Assembly (NCBI GenBank): GCA_977016875.1
Contig: CDRNST010000196.1
Coordinates: forward strand, 2,046,001 to 2,110,000
From: Pavona decussata
Taxonomy: Eukaryota
DNA: 64,000 bases
Reading direction: 5' to 3'
Made by a program: the position numbers and the translations under genes. Shown one piece after another: positions 11,041 through 24,384 of this stretch (position 1 is its first letter; every line of letters starts with the position of its first letter). The notes beneath the pieces were generated by a model. The model worked only from the letters and a program-made list of their open reading frames with translations, ran no database searches and was not told the origin of the DNA.

Positions 11041-14000
11041 ATACATATTTAGCCAAGCCAAAAAGCGGAGCTCCAATTTTTTTCATAGCATTTATAGAAA
11101 TCTGCTTAGCGTATGAACGTAATAACGTTACCACTTTCTCATTCTTTCTGCAGTTATATATATTTTTAGTGCATATGCAGCAAAAACTGTCCATCAACAA
11201 TAACAACAACAATGTAATACAGAGGGCAAAATTACATACTCCTGGTAGGAAGCTTCACAGCGCAGGTGAACAATAAATTTATGCCTGACATTAAGTTTTA
11301 TCGTTGTTAGTTTACTCCTGAATTAAACTTATATTCTGTCTTCGTTGCATGTGTAAAATTTACAACTCATGCAGTCAATAGTGCTCCCACTGAAACCCAA
11401 ATAAACGCCAAGAAAAGGAGAACACGGGGAAATCACTCTCGGTTGCTTGGCACAGATCTTCAGTGTGTTTACAACTGAATGAGAACCGTGCGGTACGAAC
11501 GAAACTGCCCCGAAACAAAATGTTCAAAAATTAGTTTCTCTACGAATATTTATCCCATCGAAGCGATTGAAGTATATTTGTAAAGCTTGAAACACGTTAA
11601 ATAAAGAAAAAAAACATTGATTGTTGCTCAGAAACTCATTAGACTAGTAAACAGCGAACAAGTTGCCTAAATTGGTAGGAGTTGCGTTCAAGTTAACAGA
11701 GAAAAAAAAATTCACCGTCGTTTGCTCATGTTCTCCACAAATTCCTTAAATTAGGTCATTTCAAGTTGTTGTTTTGCGGAGGACAGCAAAGAAATGTATC
11801 AAAATTTAATTGCGGAGTGATTGTTTTTGTTCAAATGTTGTTGCTACCGTCGTCGTTGCTTAACAGGGTTCCCAGACTTATTTGGCGCTCGGATAAAAAT
11901 GTTTGAAAAATCATAACTCAGTCAATATCGCTCCTACTAAAGTAATTCTGGACCTTAGAAGAATTTTAATACTTTAACGCTTGGTTGTAGAGAGAAACAT
12001 CAGAGCGTTTTTAAAAAAACTTGTGCGTGTTTATACAGTCCAAGCGCATGAAGACAGAGCGGCGCAAATGCATTGCATGTACACGGCTCAAAAACAAAAT
12101 GTTCAAAAAATAATTTCTCTGCGAATATTGGTGGTATCACGGGTAAAATGTGTAAAGCTTGAAGCACATAACATAAAGAAAAAATATCGATTGTTGCCTG
12201 GAAGAAAGCATTTTCGTTTACAAATGATTTGTAAACGACCGTCGAATTACACGTCATGATAATATTTTTGGTGTACTGAGCAACTGAGCGACCCGGGGAA
12301 AATGTTTGGAAATTCAAAACTGTGTCAATTCTGCTCCTGTAGCAATAATTCTAGTCTCTATATAAACGTTAACGAATGGAAAATATTGGAAAATAGTCCT
12401 TGGTGTTTGGTAGAATTATTTTAGAGCTTTTAAACGTGCGTGCGAACACATGAGAGCCGTGTGGTGCCATGAAAACAACACGACCACGAAAAAGTATTTT
12501 TCAAAACTGATTTATAATTTCTACACAAATATCGATGGCATCGAGAATTTACAGTGCGTCGCACTGTAATTGACGATTGAAGCATCTGTCAGTAAAGCCT
12601 TACATAAAGAAAAACTATCGATTGTTGCCTGTAAGAAAGCATTTTCGTTTACAAATGACCTGTAAACGGCCGTCGAATCACGTAAACATGATATTTTCTG
12701 CGAGAGCAAGGTAGCTCCCGGGAAAAAATGTTTGGAAATTCAAAACTGTGTCAATTCTGCTCCTATAGTAATAGTTGTAGTATCTAAATAAACGTTAACA
12801 AATGGAAAATACGGGAAAATAGTCTTTGGCTTTTGGTACAATTATTTCAGAGCTTTTAAATTGTGTGTGTTTACAAACGCATGAGAGCCGTGCGGAGCGA
12901 ATGAAAAAAAAAATGGTCATGAAACAAAATGTTCAAAGGTATCGAGAATTTAATAAACGACTAAAGTATCTGTGTAAAGCTTGAAACACGTAGCACAATA
13001 AATTATCGATTTTTGCTTGGAAGAAATTATTTTAATTTACAAATGATCTGTTTAAACGGCCGTCGGAATTACGTAAACATGGTATTTTTTGCGAGAGCAA
13101 GTTATTAAAATACAGGGGCACCCAACGGATCGTTTAGGTATATTATCTGTTCGAAAGACCCTTAATCTCCAACAATTTTCTGAAGGAAATTTTCACCTCG
13201 AGCTTTCGTGATATGGGAAATGTAAGGCCTATTGTTTTCGGATTGATAAAAGTTTGGTTTCAGGTACTAAAGAAAGGTCAGCTAAGATTTTCGAAAAGGA
13301 AATAAGACTGCTAAGGTTTTCAAGAAATGGACAAAAATGGCCTAGTAATTTTGAAAAGACTCAAGTTCCCCTAGAATGACCGAACAGATAAAAATGTTAT
13401 AGTGCGGCCTGAAATGAACCTACAAAGCTCTAGAGGCACTCCAGAAGGCCTAAAATTGCGTTTCAAAGGATTTGAGAGAAACCTGTCGTTGGGTGCCCCT
13501 GAAAATAGCTCCCGGGGAAAAGTGTTTGGAAATTCAAAACTGTGTCCATTCTGCTCCTAATTATTAATAATTCTAGTCTCTAAATAAACGTTAACAAAAG
13601 GAGAATACAGAAAAATACTCTTTGGCGTTTGGTAGAATTATTTAAGAACTTTGAAACTTGTGTGTGTTTACAATCACATGAGAGCCGTGCGATGCAAATG
13701 AAAAACACGGCCACGAAATGTATTTTTCAAAAATTAACTTCTCCTCGAATATTAGTGATATCGAAAGCGGTTAAAGTGTCTATGTAAAGCTATTTTAGAG
13801 TTCTGAAAGTTGCCATAACTGATCACAAACGGGTGATATAGAAAAATGTGAGGCTTCTTTAAACTTACTTTTCCGGCCGACCTGCTCTAACTTGCCATCT
13901 ATCGCTCGCTTTCACGTTGAACTTTGCTTAATCGTCCCCGCTTTTCTGATTTCTTTCACTCTTTCTTCCTCTTCTTTCCACGTTTGTCAACATATCCAAC

Positions 14001-14246
14001 GAAAACATATAAATTGACTTTGTATTTCGTGTTCTTTATCATTTCTGTTGTAAACGCACCTCGCCATGCAACTTCCCGCCAAACAAACACGGGCGCATTA
14101 GCATTGTGGGATTGCGTACGGTCGGACGGTCGTACGGATGGACAAGTGACGTCATAACCAAACCAAAATTTTTCACTCTCACGGGTTACAAAATTCTCTT
14201 AGCTATGGGCTTCCGCAGCGCGCCTCCGGCGCGCGGAGCTCCGCTG
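11041..14246 (-). mobile_element. DINE-1/HINE-like (Helentron-type non-autonomous) element with internal ~400 bp tandem repeats
   Basis: On the minus strand: subTIR agcggagctcc with a GC hairpin, then a GTCY-like microsatellite (14115-14142). Tandem units are marked by aatgtttggaaattcaaaactgtgtc at ~11897, 12301, 12727 and 13520. Ends in the inverse subTIR ggagctccgct and a short hairpin tttggcttggctaaa. No TSD. Confidence 0.65.
13113..13501. mobile_element. MITE with 15-bp TIRs and 6-bp TSD
   Basis: caggggcacccaacg...cgttgggtgcccctg flanked by AAAATA on both sides. Confidence 0.85.
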
Positions 14247-14791
14247 TAAAACTATACGGAGAAAGTTGAACTTAGTAAGTGCCATTGGTATCGAAAAAGA
14301 AAATCGTGGGTAACCATGTGTTTTTCAGAGATAACAAAGCTTCAATTTGGAAAGAAAACGCCATTCATCGCCTTGCATTTTACTGTTTTCTAGTATCTCT
14401 AAAAAATGCGTGGTTATCCCTAATTTTCTTTTTGGATTTTATTAGCCCTTTTAGTCTCTCCTGGCCACCAACCGCTGGCCAAAGAGCCTGAGGACTCTGG
14501 GTACGAGATTGCAATTCTGGTGGCTAAGGGCTGACGTCACAAATCTGCTTAGGAGCCGTCATCGTATTCGATTTCCGGCTGCATTGTTGGAACTTACTAG
14601 TACAGTTTTATATTGAAACAAGACGCTGTCGGAGCGTATACTTGGGCGTCGTTGTATTAGGACACTGATTAGGGGTAGGTAGATAGATAGATAGTTTCTG
14701 AGCATGTACGTTAGTTCAGTCTTTGATGACAGGTGAACGATAAAAGACTCGCTGCGAGTCCAAGGCATCACTTTGTATTTGCAATAAACGT

Positions 14792-14980
14792 GTGTCACGG
14801 TGTTCAGGCCTAAAAATTAATTTTGACAAATCAGAAATATTGCTGCTTGGTAACCAAGTCTCCATGCAAACAGTAAACAACACGTTCAGAAATATTAAAG
14901 TCAAGAAGTCAGTAAAGATTCTTGGAGTCTATTTCACATATAATGGCCAACTCAAACAGAAGTTAAACTTTATAAACTAA
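14792..14980 (+). mobile_element. L1/Tx1-type reverse transcriptase fragment
   Basis: SGLKINFDKSEILLLG...VKILGVYF. Confidence 0.75.
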
Positions 14981-15542
14981 ATTCGATTGAGACGGCATGA
15001 CGACTTTATCTTATCACCTTGCTCGTTGGCGAGCCGGAGGCTAGTTGGGAGAAAATATATTCCGTATTGGGCGGAGTCGCGAAGCGACGGAACCCAATAC
15101 GAAATATATTTTCTCCCAACGCCGTCAATATAAAGTCGTAATGCCGTCTCAAAATCCAATATAGTTTTTTATCGCGATACTGACATTTTGTTGGAGAGAG
15201 TAAACGAATAAAGTACAAATCTTGCGCTGATTGAAAGAGAAATTCTTACTTCAGTTAAACTGTAGCCATGGTAATATCCGTGCGCGAATTTTTTTCTCGG
15301 TGCGGGTTATTTGAATTTTTACATCAAAACAAATAGTCCCTGGGCCAGAAAGTGAAACCCTCCCCCCATCTCGGGATTTTTGCAGAAATGTATCATTTTA
15401 AACCTCTACCCAAGGGTATTCCAAAAATCGATGTTTGCACTCGCTCGATTGGTGGGTGTGGCCGTACGGCGTCATTCTTTATTTTAATCAAAGTGCCACA
15501 GGTTACCCAACCCTAAATTTTACAAACAATATTCTTAAAAGC

Positions 15543-15849
15543 TATTTAACAATTAGACGGCGAGCTCGAGGTTTCTATCGGCTTATAGTTGGCGAGGGGC
15601 GAAGCCCCGAGCCAACTATCAAAGACGATAGAAACCGAGAGCGAGTCGTCTAATTGTTTTAGCATACCCCAGTGATCGATCTATCAAGCAAAAAAACTTT
15701 TTGTTTCATTAATTTTGATACATTTGTGCAATGATGCATGCTAAATCGCGCGCGCTCTGACAAACTGCCGTCTATCGATCGATAGACGGCACCTGTGTAG
15801 CCAATCAGATTGCGCGTTACGCGATAGTCGGTCACTGAGGTATGCTAAT
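15543..15849. repeat. Double-hairpin non-autonomous element (Crypton-like) inside the Academ left TIR
   Basis: aacaattagacg...cgtctaattgtt hairpin followed by tagcatacc...ggtatgcta. Absent from the right TIR. The family assignment is from recall. Confidence 0.55.
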
Positions 15850-16862
15850 ATCCATGGAATTAACATACAAAACTATGCATACTTACTCTTCTCCATCAAC
15901 TCTGTTAGATGATACCTCAATTTTCACTTTTAAGTTTCAAAGTTGACTACTGCGCATGTCACAAAGTTCATTCAGCTTATACCTATACTGTAGAAGATTA
16001 TGTATACGATCGTGTCGTACAGAAACTTTGCATAATCACTCAATTTTATTAGATGTGGGAATTTCATAAACAACGCGGCATTATTAAGCACCGCAACTGC
16101 TTTCCACGATAGTTCGTCGCTATTGGTGTCTTAAATATGCACCCGAGATGATTACTACGCTTTTTAGGGAATGCCAATAAATTTAAACAAAACTACAGTT
16201 GTTCAAGGTTTGCGAGGGATTTGGGGGAGATCTGGCACAAAAAACACCTCGCCCGGGCAGGGATTTTGTTAAGTACTTGATTAGGAGGGGCCAAATATAA
16301 CTTAGCAGGGACCACATGGTTGATTTGCTCTAAACGTTTTATATACAATGTAAAAATAACCAGGATGAAGCATAAAATAGGCAAGTAATGGTTCCTGTGT
16401 CCCTGCTCTAACAAAACCCTCCTCAAGTACTTTTCATGCGGCTTCCCAAGATGCATTGCCCAGTTTTCGGCCATCCAATAATCCTTTCACCCTCGGATTT
16501 CTAATCAGCCATTTTGGAAAAGCGGACAGGTAAGTTTTTGTTCTCCGACGCTGCTTTCCCTCATTTGCTAAGAAATTTTATGATTGATTAAATATATTAC
16601 ATCTATGTAACAATTAGATATTACAGCAAATAATCTCACTTCAGTCGATAAATCAGTCCTTTTCAACGTCTTGAAATGCATATGATTTTTTTTGGAAAGT
16701 GTGTTTCTCGAGATCATTTGAATGGCAGAAAAAAACTATCGAGTACACACAACCGACATGACGTATGAGGTTTCTAACAAACTTCAAGGCGTTATTTCCA
16801 TTATATAATTTTTTGTTACTAAACAGAACAATCTAATACTTCATCTTGCAAACCTCCAGAAG

Positions 16863-18600
16863 ATGTGCAGCTTGTTCTTCAGCTTCGATCATCCCAACTA
16901 TGCAAGGTACTCCACACTCTACCTGGTAATTATGTTAAACCTGGAAAATTCACATCCCGGAGCGGAGGAATTGTTGAAACGCAATGACTTCAGTGTCAAC
17001 AGATCGGATGTACCATCATCCAGGAACGATGTTGACATCACCATCGAGCAAACGATCAACCGCCATGCCAAGTCTCACGGTGGCATTGCTGGTTTTAGCA
17101 GGAATCATTTGGCGTACTACAGATGGTGTCGTACACCGCACACAAGAGCGAGCTATCTGTAAGCGACCAAAGAGATTGCAAGTATGGACAGCCAGGAGGC
17201 TACATCGCACAAGGAGGTGAGAGGATCGCAAATTGTGAAGAGCGAGCAAGACACATGCAGTGTTTTACAGGTCGAAGACAAAGATGCGCTATACTGTCTT
17301 TCATTCGGCGCTCCTGTGCCCCAAGATGTCGAAAGTGACATACTGATGGCTGATGACATCGGAAAGAAGGCCCATCGGGTGTTTGTCCAGAAAAGACTAG
17401 TAGAGAAGAAGACCACCTTTCACTCTCCAGTAAAGAAAGAGAATCTCAAAACGTTTGCTACCCGGGAAGTAAAATCATCAATGGTCTGCGGAAAGGAAAG
17501 AAGAAACATAGAAATAACAGCAGAGAGAAACGTGTTTGGGCAACTGGTGATACTGGCGCTAGAGCATCAAGTTACCTTGGAAAACGTGCTGAGTTATCAG
17601 TTGGGCCAGGTCCCTTGGGCACTGGCTACTGCAGATGGTGCTCTGATAAAGACTGACAAGTCGAAGTTGATGCATTCCCTAGAAGAGAAATTGCACTTGG
17701 TACGGAGATCCACCGCGGCATTTGATTGCTACATCATAGACGGGAATGCGGTTCAGCAGGCAATGATTTCTCTTCAAAGCACATTTGGAGAGCTAGCTGA
17801 AAGTGTTTTTGATCAGCTCCGCACGGGCAAAGCGTGTTGACTTTGTGACGGACTCCTATCATCCCTGTTCAATTAAAGGAGTAGAACGATCTTGAAGTGG
17901 TTCTGCTAAGGCACACCTAGTGAAAGGACCGTCTTCCAAAGTGCCTCGCGACTGGAAGAGGTTTTTGTGCAACGAAGTAAACAAGCGACGGGTGACAAGC
18001 GACGTCTCTTGAATATCCATGCAGTTGCAAGAGATCTCGGAGTTGATGTCTTGCCCTCACAGCCCTGCACGCATTTACTGGTTGCGATACTACCAGCGCG
18101 TTCGTACGAAATGGGAAAGTGACGCCCCTGAAACTCCTTAAAAAGGAACCCGAGTTTCTTCTCACATTCCATGCTTTGGGAACATCTGTTGATGTAGAAA
18201 ACAGTGTTTTTGAAGATCTGGAGAAGTTTACGTGCCTAATGTATGGCAGCAAGTCGGCTGACATCAGCTACCTAAGACATGATAAGTTTATTGAGAGGTT
18301 CAGTACGAAGCCAGGAATGGTGCTGACAAGCTACGATGGAGTGGATATAAGTCTTCTTCCTCCTAGTCACGAGAGCCTACGAATGCATATCCAAAGAGCT
18401 AACTATCAAACTCTTAAATGGAAGAAAAGCAGACGACCCAACACCAAGTATTCCCCTGACTGGACCTGATCGGCATGGCTGGACCATTGACAATAACAGA
18501 CAACTTGAAATCTTCTGGACTGCCAGCAATCTGATGCCTCAAGAACTGGCAGATATAATAGCCAGCCCCTTGGTCACGCCCGAAGATGAACATGACAGCA
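16863..18600 (+). pseudogene. Academ transposase / XPG-like nuclease remnant
   Basis: FSFDHPNYARY, DITIEQTINRHAKSHGG, YIIDGNAVQQ, ALHAFTGCDTTSAF and LLPPSHESLRMHIQRANYQ, with stops and frameshifts. Confidence 0.85.
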
Positions 18601-20324
18601 GTCTCGATAACGACAGCATGTCTGATGCTGTATTTAAAAGCGCGGATCTGTTCTTAAATTTACCATGGAGAAACTGGGTGACGAACATTAATCACTTTTA
18701 CTACTTGTAGCACAATGGTCTGTTGACGATGGTGACGCGTAACCTGTCGACCCCATCACCTGATGAAGACTAGCGGTAAGAAGTCAATACGTTGCGGACC
18801 ACAGCCAGTGACTACATCGTGAGACAAGCAACTCATACTGATTATTTCCAGTGAATCTGAAGAGATTGCAATCTACTAAATCTAGTAAAGGTGCGTAACT
18901 GCTCTGTTTTATTTACAGCAAGGAAACATGAGTAATTCTTATGCTCACTTCACATATACCCCTTGCACAGGCTGAATGAACTTTGTGACATACGCAGTAG
19001 TCAACTTTGAAGCTTAAAAGTGAAAGTTGAGGTATCATCTAACAGAGGGGATGGAGAAGAGTAAGTGTGCGTAGTTTCCATGGATAATAGCTTTTAAGAA
19101 GATTGCTTATAAAATTTCGGGTTGGGTAACTTGTGGCACTTTGATTAAAATAAAGAATGGCGCCGTACGGCCACACCCACCAATCGATCGAGTGCAAACA
19201 TCGATTTTTGGAATACCCTTGGGTAGAGGTTTAAAATGATACATTTCTGCAAAAATCCCGAGATGGGGGGAGGGTTTCACTTTCTGGCCCATGGACTTAA
19301 AAGAAAAAATTTACAGTCCATAAAGCACCTACTATTGATGAAATAGACGAGCTAGTAGGTTTGAACATTTTACCAGCAAATTATATTGAAAATTTGTTAC
19401 CGCCGAGATATAAACAAGAACATGAAAACAGTGATGAATAAACCTCACAGTACCCCAGAGTCTCTCCTGGCGACCAACCGCTGGCCAAAGAGCCTGAGGA
19501 CTCTGGGTACGAGATTGCCAGTTGGCGAATATTTCCACATCCGGTTACCTCTGGCTCGCCAACGAGCAAGGTGATAAGATAAATGTTACATTTCTGAAAA
19601 CGTCAAGTGATTAATTGACTCTGCAAGGTTTTGGCCCAGGACCCGAGGAGGCATAATAGCACTCCGCACGTATTTAGTAAAATTCTGAATTAGTGAAATC
19701 TGATATATTTTTTGGTTTGGTAGTGCGGAAAATATCTCGATTTGAAGAAGCTAGGCGCGCAAGGTGGTACCGGTTAATTTTCAACAAGCGCGCAAGGTGG
19801 TAGCGGGTAATTTTCAGTTTGCTCGCAAGATAACTCTTTTATGCAGATTTGGCGAGATCGATGTATTTGCACGCAACCAAACTGAATGTGGGAATGTGCG
19901 CTTGATTGTAGTCAAAAGTCAGAAAGATTAGCGTGGAAATGTATCAAAAGCTGCTAGATACAAAAAGTCGTGTATTTAGTTTGTAAAATAGCGAGAATAA
20001 ACACATCAAGGCAAATTCCGAATACTAGGGTATGCATTAATTCTTTGTTAATTTACGGGTTTTGATTTCCTTCGAGTTATTCTTTACTAAACCCGTCAGC
20101 GAATGCTCTTTGCCTTTTTGAAGTCTACTTTCTATGAATTTCAGCAGTAAAATAAAGCAGAAATACCACTAGTTTCAACGATTTTATAGCTATCCGTTTA
20201 AAGTTAATTTAAGTGAGCTGTTTGGCGGTTCACGGCACGGAATTTGTTCGAAGTGAACGAAACGAATGATAATATCAAGTCGTTTGGCTTACTTGAATCA
20301 TTGACTACCCGTTCTAAATTTTTT

Positions 20325-20540
20325 CTGAGCCGTTCGAACGTTTAGGTCACCCATTTGAGATTTTCATGAGCCGTTTGAACGTTTAGTTTACCCGTTCGAA
20401 ATGTTTTATGAGTCGTTCAAACGTTACTTTGGTTACCTGTTCGGAATACTCATTTACCCGTTCGAACGTTCATTGGAACCGTTTCAAAGGGCTTGGTGAC
20501 CCGTTCGGCAGCCGTTCGTTTTACCCGTTTACGGAAAGCC
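20325..20540. repeat. Degenerate ~30 bp tandem repeat (ccgttcgaacgtt core)
   Basis: Recurrent ccgttcgaa / ccgtttgaacgtt units. Confidence 0.7.
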
Positions 20541-20581
20541 GTTAGTGTACGTTTTCCCGTGAAAGGTCACATATTGTATAA

Positions 20582-21097
20582 TAGGCCTTATCACGGTTTT
20601 CGACGCCATTTTGACGAGTAGGCAAACAGGCTTGAAATCACAGTGTTTCTATGGAAATCCGATGTCAAATAATTTTCATAAAACATCGCTTCCGAAAAAT
20701 TCATGGATTGGAAACTTTTGGCACTAAGAAAAAGAGTTTAAGAAAAAAATAAGAGGGATGTAGCTGTCCCAGAAAGCATCCAGTCGTGTTTTGAACTTTC
20801 CATACATTTCCCTGTATTTTTTCCCGCGAACTATTTTTAGTAGCAGTCACGGCTGTTTCGCTTTACAGACAAATGTATAGAAAGTTCAAAACACGACTGA
20901 ACGCTTTCTGTCCCAGCTACATCCCTCCAATTTTTTTCTTAAACTGCTTTTCCTAGTGCCAAAAGTTTCCAATTCATGAATTTTTCAGAAGTGACGTTTT
21001 ATGAGAATTATTTGACATCGGATTTTTATACAAACACTGTTATTTCAAGCCTGTTTGCCTACTCGTCAATATGGCGTCGAAAACCGTGATAAGACCT
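20582..21097. mobile_element. Palindromic MITE (~515 bp hairpin)
   Basis: aggccttatcacggttttcgacgccat... is inverse to ...atggcgtcgaaaaccgtgataagacct. Arms are ~225 bp. Confidence 0.9.
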
Positions 21098-23108
21098 CTC
21101 ATTGTCAGATTTACAAAGCAACATGTTGACTATTTCTATGAATATTAACTTAAACAGTCGTATATTTACAATATTTATATTCAATACAAATCGTCAATAC
21201 CTGGGGCAGCTCTATAGTGAACATTCTTTCTAGTTACAAGAATGAGATCAAATGGAATAAAAATTTTCACCAAGAAAGTTGTTCCTCTTTTCCAAAAAAT
21301 ATGACAATTCCTTATATTAGATTGACAGTAGCATCTGGAGGGTATAATTCAATTACACGATCTTGATTAAAATCTTTGTTGTCTCCTTAGAAATGTGCTC
21401 CCGATACTTAAATTTTCATATTGAATTTGTACAATTAAAATTGTATGCATGTGGCATCCTTGGCTAAAGTAAACTCACTGGAATATAACATTACGTAGAG
21501 GATATTGATCCAGTAACCTTCGTCTTTAGAGGTTAGTTTAAGAAATAACTAGTGTAAACTGTAAGTCATGAATGTCTACAGTACTGTTCCATAAGGATTA
21601 AGCCGTGTTTTATTTTTTTAAGGGGCTTTATTTGACACTAATTTCATTTTGAGGAGTCATCAACATAGTGCGCCACGACATGTAGCCGATTTTGTTTAAA
21701 TCTGGCATGCAAACTCCTTTAAGGGTCCTAAATACGAAATGGTTGCTTTTACGGTTCAATTATTTTTACTTCGGAAAATACCGAAAGGAGACCACTTAGG
21801 TCGATTAGCTTGCTATTTGTAAGTGGCTGTGCCCTCTTCCTTAGTCATTTTTCTTTCTTGAATTTATGTATCACTGTATAATTTCTGGGCACGAATAATA
21901 AAGTTTGTTGTTGTCGTTGTTGTCGAATTAAAAGAGTTCTTGCGAGTCAACTCTCCGCCCGTTTAAATATGGAAACTCGGTAAATTGGCACACAGTTGTA
22001 ACTAAAATGAAACTATCCTATCTTTGAGCCAGAAACGACTAAGACTGAGATTTGAAGGTATATTTTTCATAAAGTTCGCTAATGTAACAGAAATTGAAAC
22101 AGAGGACGATATAACCAACGTTATCTCGATTAAGAACTAGCGTTTCTTCCCAATGGTTATTTACGCATTGGGTTATTAATACCATAAATTTAGTACGATG
22201 TATGCAAAAATGTTTTGCATTCTTATTACAAGCAGGCATGTCAATAAATCCAAACAGTATAGAAAATTGAAATTGGGGACAAAAAGTTTACTCCAACTCA
22301 TTGGCGGACAGATTTGAAAACAGTAACAATGTTTTGATTGAAAGTTGCAACCCCTAGACGACTATCACGAAGGAGACAAGGAGGAACAAATGGAACTTTC
22401 TTAATGCCATCCGCACTGCTTCCAACAGTGCCAACCAGTTAATCCGACAAAATTCTACCAGCTCAAGCCGTTTCAGCCATTTTGGCCTGTTTGTGTCTGG
22501 CCCCCAGGTGCCGAGTTCTATATCTGGCCAATATTCTTTTCTTTACAGATCTGCTGTCTTAGAAAGTCATATGATAAATTTATGCTCTGAGAGTTGTGAC
22601 ATTAGCCATAGATTAGTTTTTAGACATAAATAATATGTAATTGCATATCAACAAAAACATCCTTGGAGTCTCAGGGGCACTGTAATCGTCGGCGGCGGAC
22701 GAAGATTACACCAGCCAAATCAGTGTGTGCGGAAACACACCTTAGAATCTTCTCCGGACTCGTCGTAAGGTTTTCTCAGTTTCTCGGCCCCGATCCGCCA
22801 TAAAATTTCTGGCACTGTATTGTTTCAGGCTAATCGACGAGCTATATTCATGGTATACTTTCAAACTTTTTTACACGCCACTGTTTTCACCCACTGATCA
22901 CAACTCATCTGGGGTGAATTGCACAAAATGTAACGTCGGGCGTAACTGCTAACGCCAGACCTTCAGCCCAGTCACATTCAGTATTTTAACGTCTGACAAT
23001 AGCATTTACGCCCGCCGTTAAGTTTTATGCAACTCTTCCCTGGTTATTTACGTTTCTTAATGGTCTATAATCACTAATTCTGCCTTTTTTCGTTTTCTTC
23101 TTTAGGCC

Positions 23109-23369
23109 ATGGTTTTGGCAAGGACACAATTTCTTTTATTGCTATGTTCGGTTTTGACTGTGGCCACTATTGTGATTTTCCACAACTGGTCAAACTTGCT
23201 GAATAAAGAGCCAAAAGTCAAAGGTCTTCGGGAGACATTGAGTCCTGAAGTGACAGGCCTTCTGAATACGCTAATACAAACAGCAAAAGGCGGTCTGAAT
23301 ATGCTGCAACCAAAAGTAAAGGGTCCTTCAACGATGACACCAATTCCGAACTCGTCATGGACGCCCAAG
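23109..23369 (+). CDS. Predicted first coding exon of the GCNT-like gene: type II signal anchor plus S/T/P-rich stem
   Basis: Pyrimidine tract and AG precede gccATGG. MVLARTQFLLLLCSVLTVATIVIFHNW...SSWTPK, 87 codons. The phase-0 donor AAG|GTAACA joins in frame to the acceptor at 39819/39820. Confidence 0.75.
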
Positions 23370-23929
23370 GTAACAAGTGTTCCGAGATCACTAGACACAA
23401 ACAAGATCACTGTGCTCAATTACAATACAACCTTAAAATAATGTTGTCTATGGAGACTGGAACTGCTTAGAACTATTTGGAATCAGTCTCTAAATTAATT
23501 CTTTAACAGATGGCATACTCCTGAAATTAAAAAGATGGTCGAATGCTTCGATCTTGACTTTCTCAAAGTTTACTGAAACACGGGCTAGACTTATATATGG
23601 AGTTTATTTTGGAATCTCCTAATCGGTGTTGCTGTTCTATTGGTTGAACAGCTGTATCCTTGTTCACTGCCATAAGACAATGGCTGACAAATTTGACCCA
23701 AATGCCACAAATGTGATCACCAAGACGGTCGCAAGGGTAAACGACCACAGGAAGGCATATTTTGGCCGTTTGTAAAATTTATAGGCTAAAAAAAGGACAG
23801 ATAGTGACTATCCACTCAAGGTTTAATTATAGTAATGTAGCTATTTTATCCTATTATATTCATATTGTTGTAGTAGTAATGTCTGTAAAATGTATTTATT
23901 TTATTCTTCTCTATTTATTTATTTATTTA

Positions 23930-23984
23930 TTTTATACAGGGCCGTTCTGAAAACCACTTTTGTGAGAACACACCCTGTTTAAAA

Positions 23985-24049
<65 letters not shown>
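23930..24049 (+). repeat. Probable LINE 3' end with (ATT)n microsatellite
   Basis: (ATT)~21 at 23986-24049 following a LINE-like 3' UTR. Confidence 0.65.
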
Positions 24050-24384
24050 CCCATTAACACGCACCGCGAGGTACGAAATAGCGAACATAACATAAAAATG
24101 AAGTAGGTTGAATTTTAACCGCCCCCCCCCCCCCCACACCCCCATCCCCCCGTCCCCCAAAGCCACTTTCATTACGCTTCGTTTGGAGCACCCAAATTAT
24201 ACTATTAAAAATATACAGAAACCGCGGGGGTGACTCATTCAGGTTTTTATATGTTTTCTTTCTTAGATGCATCAATGGTTTTATTCGTCTGAAGAGAAGG
24301 TATTACGTGAAGAGATAATTAACATATATATATGACCACGCTAAGTCGCCATGCGTTCACGGCTTCTTTAACCGGAGTCGTCCG

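Larger units (their letters stand above)
612..14451 (+). mobile_element. AcademH-like DNA transposon, arm-A copy (right end lost), containing nested insertions
   Basis: Left TIR taatctacgatcaggc...gcgcgaaagtgtggcagcgcgagagtcggc (612-~736) matches the TIRs at 25303 and 39708. Internal RecQ-type helicase remnant at 10364-10857. Confidence 0.65.
10938..14451. mobile_element. Kolobok-type TTAA MITE, split by the 11041-14246 insertion and truncated
   Basis: ttaa-ggacgatgcc start. 10938-11040 plus 14247-14451 match the intact copies at 25655-26041 and 47730-48120. Confidence 0.8.
15334..19298 (+). mobile_element. Academ (AcademX-type) DNA transposon, internally deleted, with long TIRs
   Basis: TIR tagtccctgggccagaaagtgaaaccc / gggtttcactttctggcccatggactt, about 330 bp (15334-15545 plus 15850-15980 vs 18965-19298). 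Both flanks are AAA. Confidence 0.85.
15005..19583. mobile_element. Non-autonomous TIR element hosting the Academ insertion
   Basis: tttatcttatcaccttgctcgttggcgagcc at 15005 is inverse to ggctcgccaacgagcaaggtgataagataaa ending at 19583. Confidence 0.7.

Noticed and set aside
14452-14512. Direct repeat with 19458-19516 as possible LTRs
   Set aside because: Both are ends of a common short MITE family, with no TG..CA ends, PBS or TSD.
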